Assembly: GCA_000708835.1 (NCBI GenBank)
Contig: DF237425.1
Coordinates: forward strand, 10,003 to 74,002
Source: Klebsormidium nitens
Lineage: Eukaryota; Plantae; Klebsormidiophyceae
Reading direction: 5' to 3'
DNA length: 64,000 bases
Of the stretch, positions 48,466 through 62,462 are shown piece by piece. Under the pieces are notes generated by a model. That model searched no databases. It worked only from the letters and a program-made list of their open reading frames with translations, and had not been told where the DNA came from. The number at the start of each line of letters is the position of its first letter. Positions within the stretch are counted from its first letter, which is position 1. A program made the position numbers and the translations under genes.

Positions 48466-51434
48466 TCGTAGACCTCTACAGTCGTACAACTAGACTGGAG
48501 GGATCGGGGCAGATGATGACGTGGGTTTTGCTGGAGCAGTCGTAATGGGCTGTCCAAATCTGATGGGGTCAGTCTGGCCCTCAGTTAGGTTGCTCCGCGA
48601 GCAAGTAGCCTCAGTTTCATAAGACTAGCGCAAGCCACAGTTGAGTCTTAGGTTAGCAGGCTCCTGGCACAGCTTCAGCCTTGGCCGGCTAGGAACATGT
48701 TACTGACACGTATGTTGCAAACTGTACGCTGGTTTTGCACTTTCATTATGCTCATTGCCGGCCTGAACATCAACTGAGTGACCTAATTGCCTTGCGCTCG
48801 TTGATTCTGGATGATTGAGTGCTTCTCTTTCTGATGATGGTGCCGAATCGCTAAAATGGACTCTTTTCCTTGCCGTGTGCGGCCCCCTGTTATTCAATGC
48901 GCTGCGCTAGTTTCATGATAAGCAAAGATTGGGAACATCCTGCTGCCTGATCGAGCAAGACTGACAAGCGTAATAATGGATCAATGCTTTCTTCAGACTT
49001 TGCGCTTTTGATTGGCAGATGGAACTTGTTGTCTGAAGCCTGGTGTCTGAGTTGCTTTTGTGGGGACGGTGGTAGTTTCGCATGTTGCACAACGTGCATG
49101 AGTTGTACTTAACTTGCATGATTGGTGTGCTTGACTTAAAATCGGAGTCAATCACTGCTGGCATGAGAAGATCGACATGTGGCTGTACGTGACGAGGACC
49201 AGCCTTCGGCAGATAAGCCGAAGGCGTTTCATGATCAACGGCTCTGATGCTTGATGATGATCGAAGCAGGATTGTTAAGTCAGTCAGAAGGTGCTTTCCA
49301 TCGGCGGGAGTGTGTTAAGTTGCACGTGGATCGGTCCTCCTGCTTGTGGTCTTGCAATTTTGGTCTATGGGAGATTTCGCATTGCAGCGGCGAACTTTGG
49401 ACAACCATAGTACTATACATCAGCATCCGTGCTGCCAATCATACCGTCGGCTCGATGATGGAGGATCGAATTGGCCTTGCGCCCACATGTTCGGCGCGCT
49501 ACAACGTATTGCCGCGATCTGTCTGCAATTCAATTGCTGATTTTAGATCAAGCGATTGGCGTGCAAGCGTTTAAAAATTCCTGGAAGCCTTGTGCGCTAT
49601 CTTCTTAGCTGCTGACAGTCTGATACATACTGGCAAAGTTAGTATTAGCCCTTCGCTTGGATTCTTTCGTTGATTTATGGAGCACTCTTATCAATGTCCA
49701 TTGAGAAGGTTTCAAAGCGCGGAAGCCAGGATGTACTGAAGAGAAGATCTTTTTGCTACTTCAGTCCAGTTTCCTCAAGGGAGCAAAGAGCCACTTTTAG
49801 GGCTGTTGCCCCCTGCTTCTCCCCCCAAATGGGATTGGGGTGGCTCTTCACTCCACCCTTTCGAAGAATAATGGCCCTGCACGGACCGAAGGCTCTGCCG
49901 TACAAAACACACAAGTTTTTTTATCTTCGCTCGAAATCTCTTGTTTGCGCCCCTTGCTACTGTACCGACCTTGTTGTTCCTTGCTCGGAAGCGCGCGAGG
50001 TTGCTAGCGAAAAAGTGCCGCACGAATCATTGGTCAGACGAGGGGCTGGTTCATATCTATGATACTCGTACATGCTTCCGAAGTCCACATTTTGGTGGGT
50101 GACTCGTTCACTGATGCGCTAAAACATCGCTGCCATTCAGTTGATTACCTCAGATTGAGCAGATTGAACCATGGTTAATGCAGAAATTGCGGTCGGGCGC
50201 TAAGTTCCATGCAGGTTCTGAGACGGGCAACTGCCATGCAACTCCGCTTCTACCTACTAAAGCTCCAGCTGTAAGGTTCCCGTCAACTTGCAACTGAAAT
50301 CAGGAGCGGTGTTTCAGCATGGTTCCGTCCTAACCAGCCGCACTTGGAAAAATACGGGTCACGGCTTTTAGTGGTTAAGGTTGTATATTTTATGGATGCG
50401 ACGTCAACGTCCGTTGAGCTTACTTCGTTTCCGGTCAGAGTTTGCTGAGTCCTTAGGAACCGGTCAGAACCCCTTCCGTTGAGCGGAGAGTCTATGCGCT
50501 CCGCTGCTGTTGCTCGTTGGCAATTTTGACTCTGCTGCTTCGGACTGGAAGCGTTGCTCTGATTGCTTTGGTGCTAGTAATGGTGAGTGACAGTTCTGAT
50601 TAGGGCGCACAATCCGCCTGTTGAATCACTCCGATTCTCGAAGCTCCCGTGCCGTTAAAATGCCATACTCAGGCAACGACAGTGTGCTGATAAAAGTGCA
50701 GTCTCTTTGCTCCGCGTCAGAGTCCAGGCTTTCTTCCCTGTTCCAGCAGTGACGAGCTGAACGGATCTGGCCGAAAGGCCAACAATTTGTTTGACACCAC
50801 GGCCGATGCTGTTTCCAAGCAAGCGACTTCACACCCCTGTGCCTCACTTTGAAGACCGGCCAGAATTTGGCTGGCGTCCGCCACGTAACAGAATAGGTGG
50901 CCCTATTTGTCTCTCTACCGTAGTGGAGACCAAGCTTACAAGGTACAAAGCCTTGGGGGCGCGGATCGATCTTGAGAAGGACCCAGTCAATCTCTCTCGA
51001 CGGCTTATTGATTGATGGGCGCTAACGCCTTTCTCTTTTTTGTTTTCATATTCTGAATCGCGCGAAAAAAGCCAAACCTTTATACGGCTCTTGTGATTCG
51101 GCCATCAAGCTTTTCCCGGCTCCTTGCGCTCCGTCATTTGTATTTTGTTCAAATTTTTCGACATGCTCGTTTATTACAAGCCTGGCCGACTACAAGTTCG
51201 GGCTCCAAAGTGCTGGCCGAGGTCAACCAATCTGCTCATCACATTCAGTGCGGCAGCATCGGTTAAGTGGGCGTCCTGACTGTAACGCCTGACGTCAGAA
51301 AGCGACACGAAGGTGGAGTGCTCAGGCATATCGTCGCCGCGATACACGTCGAGAGAACTTGTCGCGGCGACTGCAAAGCAGATCTGGCACTAACCGTGTC
51401 GCTCAGTGTTTCGCGGCGCCCTGACGCCCTCTTT

Positions 51435-51803
51435 NNNNNNNNNNNNNNNNNNNNNNNNNNNNNNNNNNNNNNNNNNNNNNNNNNNNNNNNNNNNNNNNNN
51501 NNNNNNNNNNNNNNNNNNNNNNNNNNNNNNNNNNNNNNNNNNNNNNNNNNNNNNNNNNNNNNNNNNNNNNNNNNNNNNNNNNNNNNNNNNNNNNNNNNNN
51601 NNNNNNNNNNNNNNNNNNNNNNNNNNNNNNNNNNNNNNNNNNNNNNNNNNNNNNNNNNNNNNNNNNNNNNNNNNNNNNNNNNNNNNNNNNNNNNNNNNNN
51701 NNNNNNNNNNNNNNNNNNNNNNNNNNNNNNNNNNNNNNNNNNNNNNNNNNNNNNNNNNNNNNNNNNNNNNNNNNNNNNNNNNNNNNNNNNNNNNNNNNNN
51801 NNN
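51435..51803. other. Assembly gap (N run)
   Basis: Run of N. Confidence 1.
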
Positions 51804-54800
51804 AATCCTACGGCTTACTATTTCTAAACTGTGCCTTCATCCTCTTTGGTGGGCGGGACGTGACGATTTGGCGATGATTATGCAAATCTCGGCCGGGAGC
51901 CGAGAGCTCGACGGTGCGAAGTCGGATGCCACTCTGCAAGGATTGGGTCACACCCCGTCATACTCTTTCGCAGTCTTTGCGTCCGCACAGATCCCGCCTG
52001 TTATCACGTAACGTGGCAGCTTACTTCTTTAGCCCTAACCGATTGTTGCCTTGTCTTCGAGCGCTCAAGGAAGTTCAGATGAAGTTGCGGAAGCATGCAG
52101 CAACAGGTGCATGTCGCCACCATAACGATTGCAATTTATAAACTTCCATGATGGAGAAAAAGATCGCCCGTGTCATTACGCACTTACAAGATGCCTACAT
52201 AAACGACGATTGTTTGCTCGGGGACAGCCAAGTACCGAATATTGTAACATATTGAGTCTCGCCAGGCTATTCTATATCAGCTATGCGACTAGGCGAAGAC
52301 GATTGGACGTGAATCGTGTGCCAGTATTGCTGCGTCGGCTGGCGGCTAATTCGTTCATTACGGTCCGAAACGGATCACTACAACCGCCAGCACTCGCGCT
52401 GCCCTTCCGTTCCTGTGGTAGGACCCAGGTGGCTGAATGTGTTCAGAAGTCTTAGCTAGTGAACATCTTTTCCTCTGAAACGGCTAGATCCCACACTAGA
52501 GCTCCTGTCTTTGTCCTCTTGTCGATGAAGAAGGATGCTGATGAACCTTGCCAGTCACGCATATGGTGCTTCTGTTTTTCTCTGATGCTCGACCACTGCC
52601 TTCAAACCGGAGACCCTTTGCGGAGCTACGATCGCCGACCGAAGCTAGCTGCATGTGCCGCCTGAGTGGGCTCCATGTGCTGGCCCGCACTGATCAATTT
52701 GCCGAATGCGCGCGCGCAAGTAGACTTCGTCGCTTTTGCTTTGAGAGATCACGTCGAGTATCTAAATCAATTGCAAGTGAATATCAGTGTAGTGGTACTT
52801 TCTTGCCTGAGTTGATTGTGGAGCTTGACGTGCGCCACCTTCCAACACCGGTTTTTCGTATTTTTACGCGACCAGATTTTGTATTTTGTGATCTTGTTTG
52901 TACGTCAATCGAGGAGAATAGGGGCAATGATAATGGTTATCTGGCGAACGCGTCAGCAAGTTTCGCATTTCAGAGGAGCCGACTGTCCGTATTTCATCTT
53001 GTTGTCAAACAATGCCGCTCAGATGCATGACCGCGTGCCTCAAGAATAACGGTCTCACTGGCTACGCGTATGTTGTTCAGAGTCCTTTTATAGTAGTCTG
53101 CATGCATCCCAAGGTATGTTTCTGAACGATGGTGTACGTCGAATAAAAAAGATAAATGCGAGCACTTCCATTCAAGAAGAGAGCTCCGCCTTTCCTCGGA
53201 GTGTCCGATTGATTCACAGAAACATAGACGACCCGCATCATTTCAGAGTGTTCAAGTGGGTATACGTCCGCTCTAGTAAGGTCAGAGAACGCATTGGGTT
53301 TGCACGTCCGTCTACCATTCGAAAAGGACGAAGCTTCATTCAGTGCGCACGTCCAGCAACGAAGTTCTCATTCCTGGCCTACCTAGCTCCTTGTGCCAGT
53401 GCGGTTTCGATCGTTTGAGCTGATGCTGTCGGGTCTTACTCGCGGATCTCGCGCAAAGTATGCGCCGGATCATGGAAACGTTTTGTTTGTTTGTTTTGTT
53501 TGTTGGATAAGCGGCAAGCGAGGAGCTATCGGCCTAGGCACGCTGACTCGTTTCGTAACTCGCAGCAAATTGAACTTTCTCAACAGTTAGGGAGCCCGTA
53601 GTCTGAGGCGCTTGAGGCAACCAGATCATATCGCCTTTCGTGCATCGGAAAGACTACGGCGGCCTTGATTGGTCAGCCTGGCTTTGATTTTCCAAGGTTC
53701 ACTGGTGGTTCCGCTTTTCCCTGTCGAATATCGTACTTGACCTGCTAACCCACGCCGCCTCACGAGCTGTTTAAGAACGCTAAGATTTGCGCCATGAGTC
53801 TCCTGGGCAGGAGGTTGGAAAACCGTATTTTTTTCCTTGAGTGCCATTTTCATGCTCCTACCACTTGATCACGTCAAGCGGACCTCGCCTCCTAAACGAG
53901 AGACCAATTAAGTAGGACTGGGGCTGGTCCTTCAAGCTGTTGCTGTCGCCTACAGCATCTGCATCGCTCTCCTCCATTGATCGGCGTTGCGGGCGTAATG
54001 TTCACAGTTTGACAGGTTTGGCATGTTCAAAGATTCCGAGTGGGAACAATGTCACTGTCACATCCTGGAACGGAGCTCATGGGCCTGGGATCGTGACATC
54101 ATGTGGCAGTGATGACGGTCTGCTTGGCCACGTGGCCAGAGGGGCTCGCATCCTGATGCCACTGGTACGCACCTCATTCTGGTCGCTTCTCCAATCCTTT
54201 CTTAGGAGCTATCAAGTTCCTTTTCAATCCGGTCGATGTTCAGACTAGGCTTCGATTAGTACCACTACGAAAGGTTCAGATAAGAAACAAGTGGTCTTAG
54301 CAGCGCTACGTGGGCTGTTGGGTGGGTTTTCGGCGTGCTTTTCCATGTGCACCCCGTTCTCCGGATTCACATGCAAAGGGATATGTTGCGGCCACCTTGT
54401 TTACTACACCGCTTTAGTAGCTTCTCGTCCCCTGACGAGCTTGGTTCTTATGAACACGGTTACATCCGTCGGCCGTTCCATTCTCCTGACCGTTCCATTT
54501 TCCTGATGGCCGTGCCAGAATAGAGCGCTTCTGACTTCGACGTACCCGATGATGGGAAGGTTCAACGCGCTTCCGAAAAGTGATTGCTATTCGGAAGCAA
54601 GCTCGAGCCACTTCTGCGGCATTATTTGGATGTATATGTCGTCGAAAGTGTGCCTTAATCTCCTCCTCACAACCTCACTCCACTCCGAACCTCCTCCGAC
54701 CCTTTGTTTTGCCGGCGGTGTATTTTGCTGTGGCTCCGGCGCTGAGCAAAAGTACGCTATGTTGATACAAGGTCAGACCGGCCGGTCCGTCAGTCTCTTA

Positions 54801-56469
54801 TAGTTGACGGCTACACGAACTTGAAGCTTTGCAAGTCTGTTTATTTTCACCTAGTAATGGGTATTACCTTCTTAGTCTCTCCTAGTTTTCCCCTCTTCTA
54901 GCTGGTGAGGTCTGCACTTCCCCTGAGCTGGGCTTTGTCTGTGGAACACACCCGAGCTCAAAAACCTTGACAAACGACGAGCTCAAAGTAAATCAAGACC
55001 TGCTTTTCAATAAAATTCCTAGTGTGTGTGCACAGGGAGGAGTAAGTCTTAGTACACCAATCTAGTGACAAAGGAGACCCTTCAGTCGATACTGACGAGA
55101 ATTTTGGAGTCGATTCTCAGAGCGCTTATGCTTTTAAAAAGGGGACTTTCCAGTCGGAGGCGTTCTCAAAGTCGTTTTCAGACTGTCCATAAAAATTAAG
55201 TGGGTGTAGGACGTGCACGTCCTCCAAAACTGATCGACGGTGCAGGAAGCTCAAAGCGGCCAAACTTCCAATCCGATCCGTCCAAAAAAGACTCAGACTC
55301 ACTGAGTGTGCACTTCCCGAGCTTTGAAACCCGACGCCCACTTTAATCCTGCTGGTTCTTGATTCATATAGTGGCTCAGTGCGGCTACAGACTTCAAGTT
55401 GATAACGGGTGTCTAACAGACATCAATTTCTTTAAGTCCTATCTCGTGGGTCATTTAGAGCGCGTCTCAAAGTTCGAAGAGAGATCACGTACTCTAGCTA
55501 AGGCCGCAATATTCTCCCTCATGCGCAGTCCCTGCGCAGTCCGGCGCACCGCGCCCGGAAAAGCGGAAACAGGGGACCAACGCGACCGAAATCTGGCGGA
55601 TGGCGTAGGACTCGGGAATTCCGTCGCTGGATGTCCGTTCGTTCTGGTCCGTCGATCTGCATTTTGCAACTGCTGAGAGCGCTCCGATCGCCGGGCTGAA
55701 GCATGTTATGATGCACTATTAAAGGCTGCTCTCTTGGGTCGGTAATTACTAATCAGCATGATACCAACCGCTTTCTGTCAAGTTGTCAACCCGGTACCTA
55801 GCTTGATTCCTTGTACCCCGGTAAGTCAGTACCTGCTACACCTACCGTAACCGAACCGTAAGTTGTAACCTGTTCACCGGGTTCTCCTCTTGATTCAAGG
55901 AGCGTTTAATGCAATCTGTCAGGGCGACTCGAGAAAACGACCAGATTCTGTCCTGTGCCCTTCTGACAGCTGGCCAAGACCTGCATGCCATGATGCATCC
56001 TGGGATTCTCTTTGCGCAGACTCCAGAGTCTGCTACCTAGATACCGCACCTACCTAGGTACCTGCACAGGTCTAATAGCTTATTGGCATTCATGCACTCA
56101 CTTAATTCTGTATAACCTATGGGCACAGAGCAAGGGCAGAATATGAGTGCCAGATGGACAACTGTCCGACAAATCAGCACGCTAAGCAGTTGGCATCTTC
56201 AAAGGCAACAGCTTGCCACTGGGGCTACTGGTATCAACTCAGTGCTGCTACTGCAATGCTTGCGCTTCATTGCGGTTCATGATGGGCGCAGCACTGAAGA
56301 GCGTTGAGAAGACCACGTAGCTGACTTTCTACACTCCGAAGCTGTCACTGTCGCGCATGGCGCATGATAGCGCAGAGTCCATACATCAGTTCTGATAAGC
56401 CCGCACCAAGCATCATGAGGAGGAAGGTGATCAACAAGAAGCGCCAAGGTTGAAACTAAGTACCTACAG

Positions 56470-58048
56470 CCGGCAATTCAGTCTTGGGCACCATATTTCA
56501 GAAGAGGCTCACATTCAGCTGAAGACTCAGTAAGGGAGTACATTATCGGCGGATCCAGCTGGCGCGAGGCATGGCCCAGCCTTATTGGGCCCACCATCAA
56601 CTTCTGCTGCTACCTCATCGGGACAGGTTGGGCCAGCATTCCGCTAACATTCCACCAAATGGGGTTTGCCGTCGGCATCTGCTCCCTCCTCTTGCTGGGT
56701 TTCGCCAACGCCTACACGTGCGTAGTCATGCTCCAGTCCGCCGAGGAATTCGGCACGCCCGAGAGCTTTCATGACCTGACTGATGTCTCTTTGGGGCACA
56801 AGTGGGCAGTACTTTTGGACTGGGTCGTCGGGCTGACGTCATTCTTTGCGTGCACCCAGAAGCTGATCTTGGCGGGGGACTTTGGGGTGGCGATCAAGCA
56901 GCGAATCATTACTCATAACTATCTGCCGAACCGGGCGCTGATTGTCTTGACACTAACCATAGGCCTGGCGCTCCCGCTCGTGTTCAAACGAAACATGCGC
57001 GCGCTCGAGAAGGTTTCCTCCGGGGGGGTTCTCTGCACCTTGACGGTGCTCGCCATTCTGATCTACTCTTACTCTGTTTCGGTGGTGCGGAGTGACAGCT
57101 GGGCGGGCGGCGACGTCGTATATGCCAACGGGACGCCAGATCTGCTGCTAGCCCTTCCGGTGCAGCAGTTTGTGTTCGCCGGCCAGGCGGGAGTGATCCC
57201 ACTTTACAAGTCGATGAAGAACCGGAGCTTGCGCAATGGGAAGATCATGGTCTGCTGCGCCTTCGCCTTTTGCGTCAGCGTCAACCTGTGCTTTGGGATC
57301 TTCGGTTACCTTCAGTTTCCTGAGGAGCAAGAGGGCGACGTTTTGAACAACTTAGTAAGCCATAAGAGCGCTGTTTACACGGCAATGTATTTCCTAGCCA
57401 TAGCCGGGTCGATTTCGGGTTACCCCCTTAACCTGACGGTCGGTCGGGTGCATCTAGGCAATATTCTTCTGGGCCCCGAGAAAGCCAAGTCAAGAAAGTG
57501 GGTCTACTTAATGACGATGGTTTTCTTTGTGGGCACTCTTGGGTTAGGTCTGGGGATCAAGAACCTGGGCGTGGTTCAGGGCCTCGCCGGTGGGTTAGGA
57601 GACACTTTCAGTAACCTCGTAGTCCCCGCTGTGGCTCTGCTCCGATTGGTTGACAGGGAGGTGGAAAAGGAAACCCCCGGGGGGAGAGAAACAACGGGCC
57701 CCCGCAGGGAGTGGCGGAGACAGAAAGTCTGCTCCTAAGGGGGGGCCAAACGTGTGGTCAAACGCCGCTTTTGAACCAGGGCCAATTGAAAACGATCCAG
57801 AAGGAAGTCCAGCTAAGAGTGGCGGTCAGAAGAGTGTAGGTAGGTCACGTGATGACGGGAAAAGTGATAGAGGTAAAGAGGAGGAGCGGGAAAACAGGCA
57901 TAGGAATCACAAGCAGCTTAGGAAGCTCCCGGCGTATATTCTTTTTGGAGTTGCTGCGGTGAACGCAGGGTTGGCAACGATTGGGAATCTGGTCTCCCTC
58001 ATTCTAGTTGGGTGGGACAATGCGAGCATCACATTCAAGGTATCTTAG
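56470..58048 (+). CDS. Amino acid permease, AAAP/SLC38 (AVT-like) family; N-terminus unresolved; frameshift near 57675-57684
   Basis: TM1-like TINFCCYLIGTGWASIPLTFHQMG, then multiple hydrophobic helices, FVFAGQAGVIP, FGIFGYLQF, SGYPLNL and VVQGLAG. The last TM (LPAYILFGVAAVNAGLATIGNLVSLIL) is in the +1 frame (ORF 57650-58048). Confidence 0.85.
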
Positions 58049-60494
58049 AGCTGTACGTGTCGAAATTAATAGGTTTTGAATCTTTGACGATTCGTGTCAA
58101 ATTATTACGATTCTTGTCCAAGAGCATCTCAAGTAGGTGGTAAGGTATGGCTTTTCAGGTTCTGTGAGATGTAGCGAGCTGACAAGAGAGACTAGACCGA
58201 GAGGAGAAATTAACGTTTCAGACGTCGGGATCTAACTTGAACTGCTGCTAACATTTTGAGCGCGCGCGCTGTCGAAAGGCAGCTTTGACAGACATACATG
58301 TTTCCAGAGATTGTAAATATGTCAGCTGCGCATTCCGTACCGGCTACCTTTTATGCTCGGTCCTTTTATATGCCGCCACCGGTTTCCTGGAAGGTCGTTG
58401 ATCAGCTTTTGCTACCGGCTAGCCTCCCGGAGCTCAAAGATCTCTGACTTTGTTGAGGTCAGTCTGCAAAGGTATTAAGTGCGCAAGTATGTGTCCTTCA
58501 AGGGATCCCCAGATGCAATACTGTGCCGAAGAAACACGAGGCGCCTTGGTTTCGAACATAAGCGAACTCAAAGCGAACCTGAAACCAAATCGAAGCCAAA
58601 CCGAAGCCGCAATTCAGAACCGTTTCGCTTTGAAAGACGGAGAACGTAAGGCTGGTTCCAAGCTATTCGTAACCGGTTATGGGAAACTCAGGTTGCTGGG
58701 GGTCTGGAGACCCATCACTTATATAGCCGAACGGCCTACTTTGAGCAGATTGATCTGGAAGCCGGGCCTATGTCTATTGGGACAATTCCGCCACGGAGAC
58801 TCTACAGCTTAGGGTGCTTGTCTAGTGGTAATGCTAGCCAAAGCGCACTGTGACTTTTGTCGCCCTCACCTCTGCTAGAGAGACAACCTTGGAGAGGCTC
58901 TCCATTACATAACGTCGGTTAACAACAGAACGTTTGAGCGCGGCCGCGGTGGGGCATATATACGCGCACGTCGCGGTGATCTGAAGAGCCCACTCTCATG
59001 CTTCTTTGGTGTCTTCCATTTCTTCTCGGCCTTTGCCACTCCGCTTTGGATGCACAGGGAGAGATCAGCGTTAGTCGAACTCGGATTGTGGTTGGTTAAG
59101 TGCCCTTCTACCAAGAAAACGTGGTTCGCGTCTGCTTCGATATCTTCAACCAATTCTGAATGGGGGCGAAAAGAATCCTGTGATGGATGCGGAGGAACGT
59201 TTGTCAAATTGAGAAATGATGACGAATTGCCTAGGGCGTATTTCGCTCCGATTGGAGCCGAAGCAAGCATAAGCTTGCCCGGGGGAAAAGACACGGGCCT
59301 AACCGAAGCTTGGCCCCGGTTCGAGGACCGTTTGTACAGAAGAGGATATGGGTCGCTACACATATGTACAAGGCAATCCAGAACATCTTGGTCGAGGCGA
59401 ATATGCGACGATATATTCTGGCATACATTGGCCGCTTCTCCGTTTCGACGGAAGTGCAGGCTATGATTGAGCAGCCGCCGCTTTTGCTGTGATGCAGGGA
59501 GGCGATGATGTCACGCACTGCGCTTTTTTCGCGCACGCCTTTCATTCGCAGATAATGACCCGATGCCTTCTGCCCAGCTGCTACCATGTTCGCTCAAAGG
59601 GCTCCTTTGATGAACTTCTGGGTCCCTTCTGGGTATTGAGGAGAATAACAGTGCAGTGGTGATGATGGAATCGCATGACCCTCGAAGGCAGGCTCCTTCC
59701 GAAGTCTTCCAGTGGTCGGAAGCCACGTTACACAGATTGTTTTCTGCAAACCATCAGTCCGTAGCCGAATTTCTGATTGCACTTTGCGAATGCTGGCATT
59801 CCTTCAATTTTGTTTTCAACACCATATGTTCGTGGCTATGGTTCTGAAGCCCTCCGGTTTGGCCGCACTGATCTTCAAGGGAGCATTGGCAGCTTTTCCC
59901 CAAACATCAAGCCCGCTGCTGGGGTGACTCTTAGGTGTCACTTTGCAATTTCTGGTCACGCACGGGCAGAGCGTCAATCTAGCTCTGTTATCTTGCTTAC
60001 GACCGTCCAGCTCACAAAGTCTTCCTGACGTCATCTGAAAGATTTTGAGACGTTTGTGGCCACCGGATCAAATCCGTTGGACGCGACATTACTCAGGGGC
60101 CACGAGCGCCCTGCTTGAGGGCGTGCAACATGCTCCGCGCCGTAGGATCGAAAATGTCACCGATCGGACGGTTCCGATCTGCTCGTCACGCTGTTCCGAG
60201 GCACAAACTGTCCTCGGTTGATGGCAAACCTAGGTTAACTGCGTAATCAAACATGGTCAGTCTCTAAATGGCTGGTAAACCCACCTTAACCCGACCTCCA
60301 GAACAGGTACTTCGCATGTCGGCCCGGGACCAAAATGGTAGGAATTTTGGAGCTAACACTATAAGGAGTAAAATTGACCAAGTTTGGGTTCTGGGCAGAC
60401 GTGCGAACTACCTCTCGGAGCATAGAACCGGTTGCTGGTTCATTTACCCTAGGCGCTTGTGGCCCCTGTCTGAGTGTTCTGTATGTGCAACCTG

Positions 60495-60760
60495 ACGGCC
60501 GCGCGCGTTGCGCGTGCGCTCGCGGGGTGTGTGTCAAACCCCGCGCGGCCTGCGCGGCCGCGCTGCGCACGCACACGAATCATTCATTCCGTCTTATCGA
60601 TTGACGGGGAGCGCTAGCCGCGGCCGCGGAGCGCAGGCGCGCGGGCCCGTGACTTCAGCCAGCTTGCGAAGTTCAGGAGCGCGCATTTGATCGGGCGCCG
60701 GTCGCGGGAGCGGCGCGCCGCGCGCCCGAGGCGCGCGCCCGCCCGCGTCGTCTGCTGCCC
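60495..60760. other. Very GC/CGCG-rich self-complementary island (promoter-like or element end)
   Basis: Dense CGCG/GCGGCCGC motifs. Perfect 8-bp stem CGCGGGGT (60521-60528) / ACCCCGCG (60538-60545). Confidence 0.45.
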
Positions 60761-62462
60761 CCTTGCTTTGGAGAAACTCCGCCGTTGTCGCGCGCCTTTT
60801 TTCGTCTTCGTTTCTCTTTTCCCATTATTTCGTTTTTGATTCGTATGAACCGCCCTCGAACAATGGCCTGGCTCGTGTTTGTCCACCATCAGAGGCCAAA
60901 TCACTCGCTCATAGGCCCGGTGCGCTGTGCACGTGGTTCGGAGTCAAGGCGCTTTCATATATACAGTGCTTTTCATGGCAAACGTTTGGCTTTGAACTTA
61001 GTCGACCGTGCGCACCTATGTATGTCAGTCGGAATGGTAAGTCTGCCGCGAAGCAAAGTAATGTAGAATGCATCACATAAGGACGCTAAACGCTTCCCGC
61101 AGTGCCTCCAATCCTTATGGGGTCAATGGTTTGCTTGGCCGGCAGCGATGACGCGGAACCGGACGACAATCCGTCAGTTATCACTTGGGGTTGCGAGATC
61201 TGATGCTGGAGTTGCCTCCTTTTGGCGCCCTGATTGACTGCTTCAGGTGGCATCGGTTGAGAGGCGCGTCGTCATCGAGCCACATTCATCCGGGGCCAAT
61301 CCGAAGCTTCTCGCTTCAAAAAGATGTACTCTTTGCAGACGGGCCGGAGCAAGGCCCGGTTGAACGGATGAAATGAAACCGTACTGTCAGTGGTTCTGTC
61401 ACGTTCGACCGTTTCATTTGGGAAATGTAGAATCCCTGTTCCCAGCAAAAGCGGCTGGGAAGATGGGCCATGATTCCAGTTCGTCGGCCCCTTAAACTTT
61501 TCTCGAGCGACACCGCTTCGAGTCCCGTTCGCAGCCAAAACGCCCTACGCTAGTTGTCGGCACATCTTGCTGATAGACCACGCTTCCTAAAGAGCGCCTC
61601 AACAATCACGCTTCTGCGAGTCAGAACCAGTCAACGAGCGTAAGAAGCACTGGCAGCGGAAATGATTATTATCGGCTTTTGTTTTTTCTCAGATTGATTC
61701 CTTCTAGACGGCGCGCTCTGTTGTCGAGCACTATAACGCGACCGCACATATTTGAGCGCTCATCCCCCCAGAATTTTGCTGCCACGTTGTTTTTATCCTC
61801 GTCATGCGGACGAACAAACGCACCGAGGTCGGAAGCGCTGATGACGAGAAATTGGATGTCTCAAACAGACCGTAGCGTATCGGCGAGGTGCTCTTTTGAA
61901 CCTCTGCAAACAGTTGATTATCTGTGTCTCATGTGCCGTGCTCAGTCTTCCTGTAAGCGTCACTCCTCTACGAATCTTATAGAGGTTCACACCGATTTGC
62001 GCTGAGAGAGAGATTGAGGAACCCGTTTCTGAGAGTCAGCCAGAATGAGTGGGACAGAAGAAACCTAAACGGACGATGGGGAAACACGTAAGACATCTGC
62101 CAATGACAATCTCTAGCAAGTGAACCCGTTATCCTTGAAAGCCGAAAAGCTGTAACGAAATTTGTGCTGAGCACATGTCATAAAGCCGATGCTCAACCTA
62201 CTTAATACTCAATGATGTAGACCTTGCACTTGAGGTTGTCAAAAGACGTTTTGGAACGATGCAGAATGATTGATACTGAAGTTTACTGCTCGGTCCGTCT
62301 ATTCCTGGCTCGAAGGCACGACCGCCTTCTCTTGGTATTCTATGTTCATTTGAGACATCAGGAAGCCATCATGCGAGCCGACATGACGCGACTGAAGCGT
62401 GGCATGGGTGATAGGTGACCGCAGCAAAGTGACTCAAAGTATATCGAAGTCATGCCTCACTT

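Noticed and set aside
53626-53853. ORF containing LSVLKQLVRRRGL, faintly SAP-domain-like
   Set aside because: Too short, no splice context, and the motif is incomplete.
58450-60030. Cluster of 60-150 aa ORFs as a decayed transposon or gene
   Set aside because: No recognisable transposase, RT or integrase motif and no consistent frame or splice pattern.
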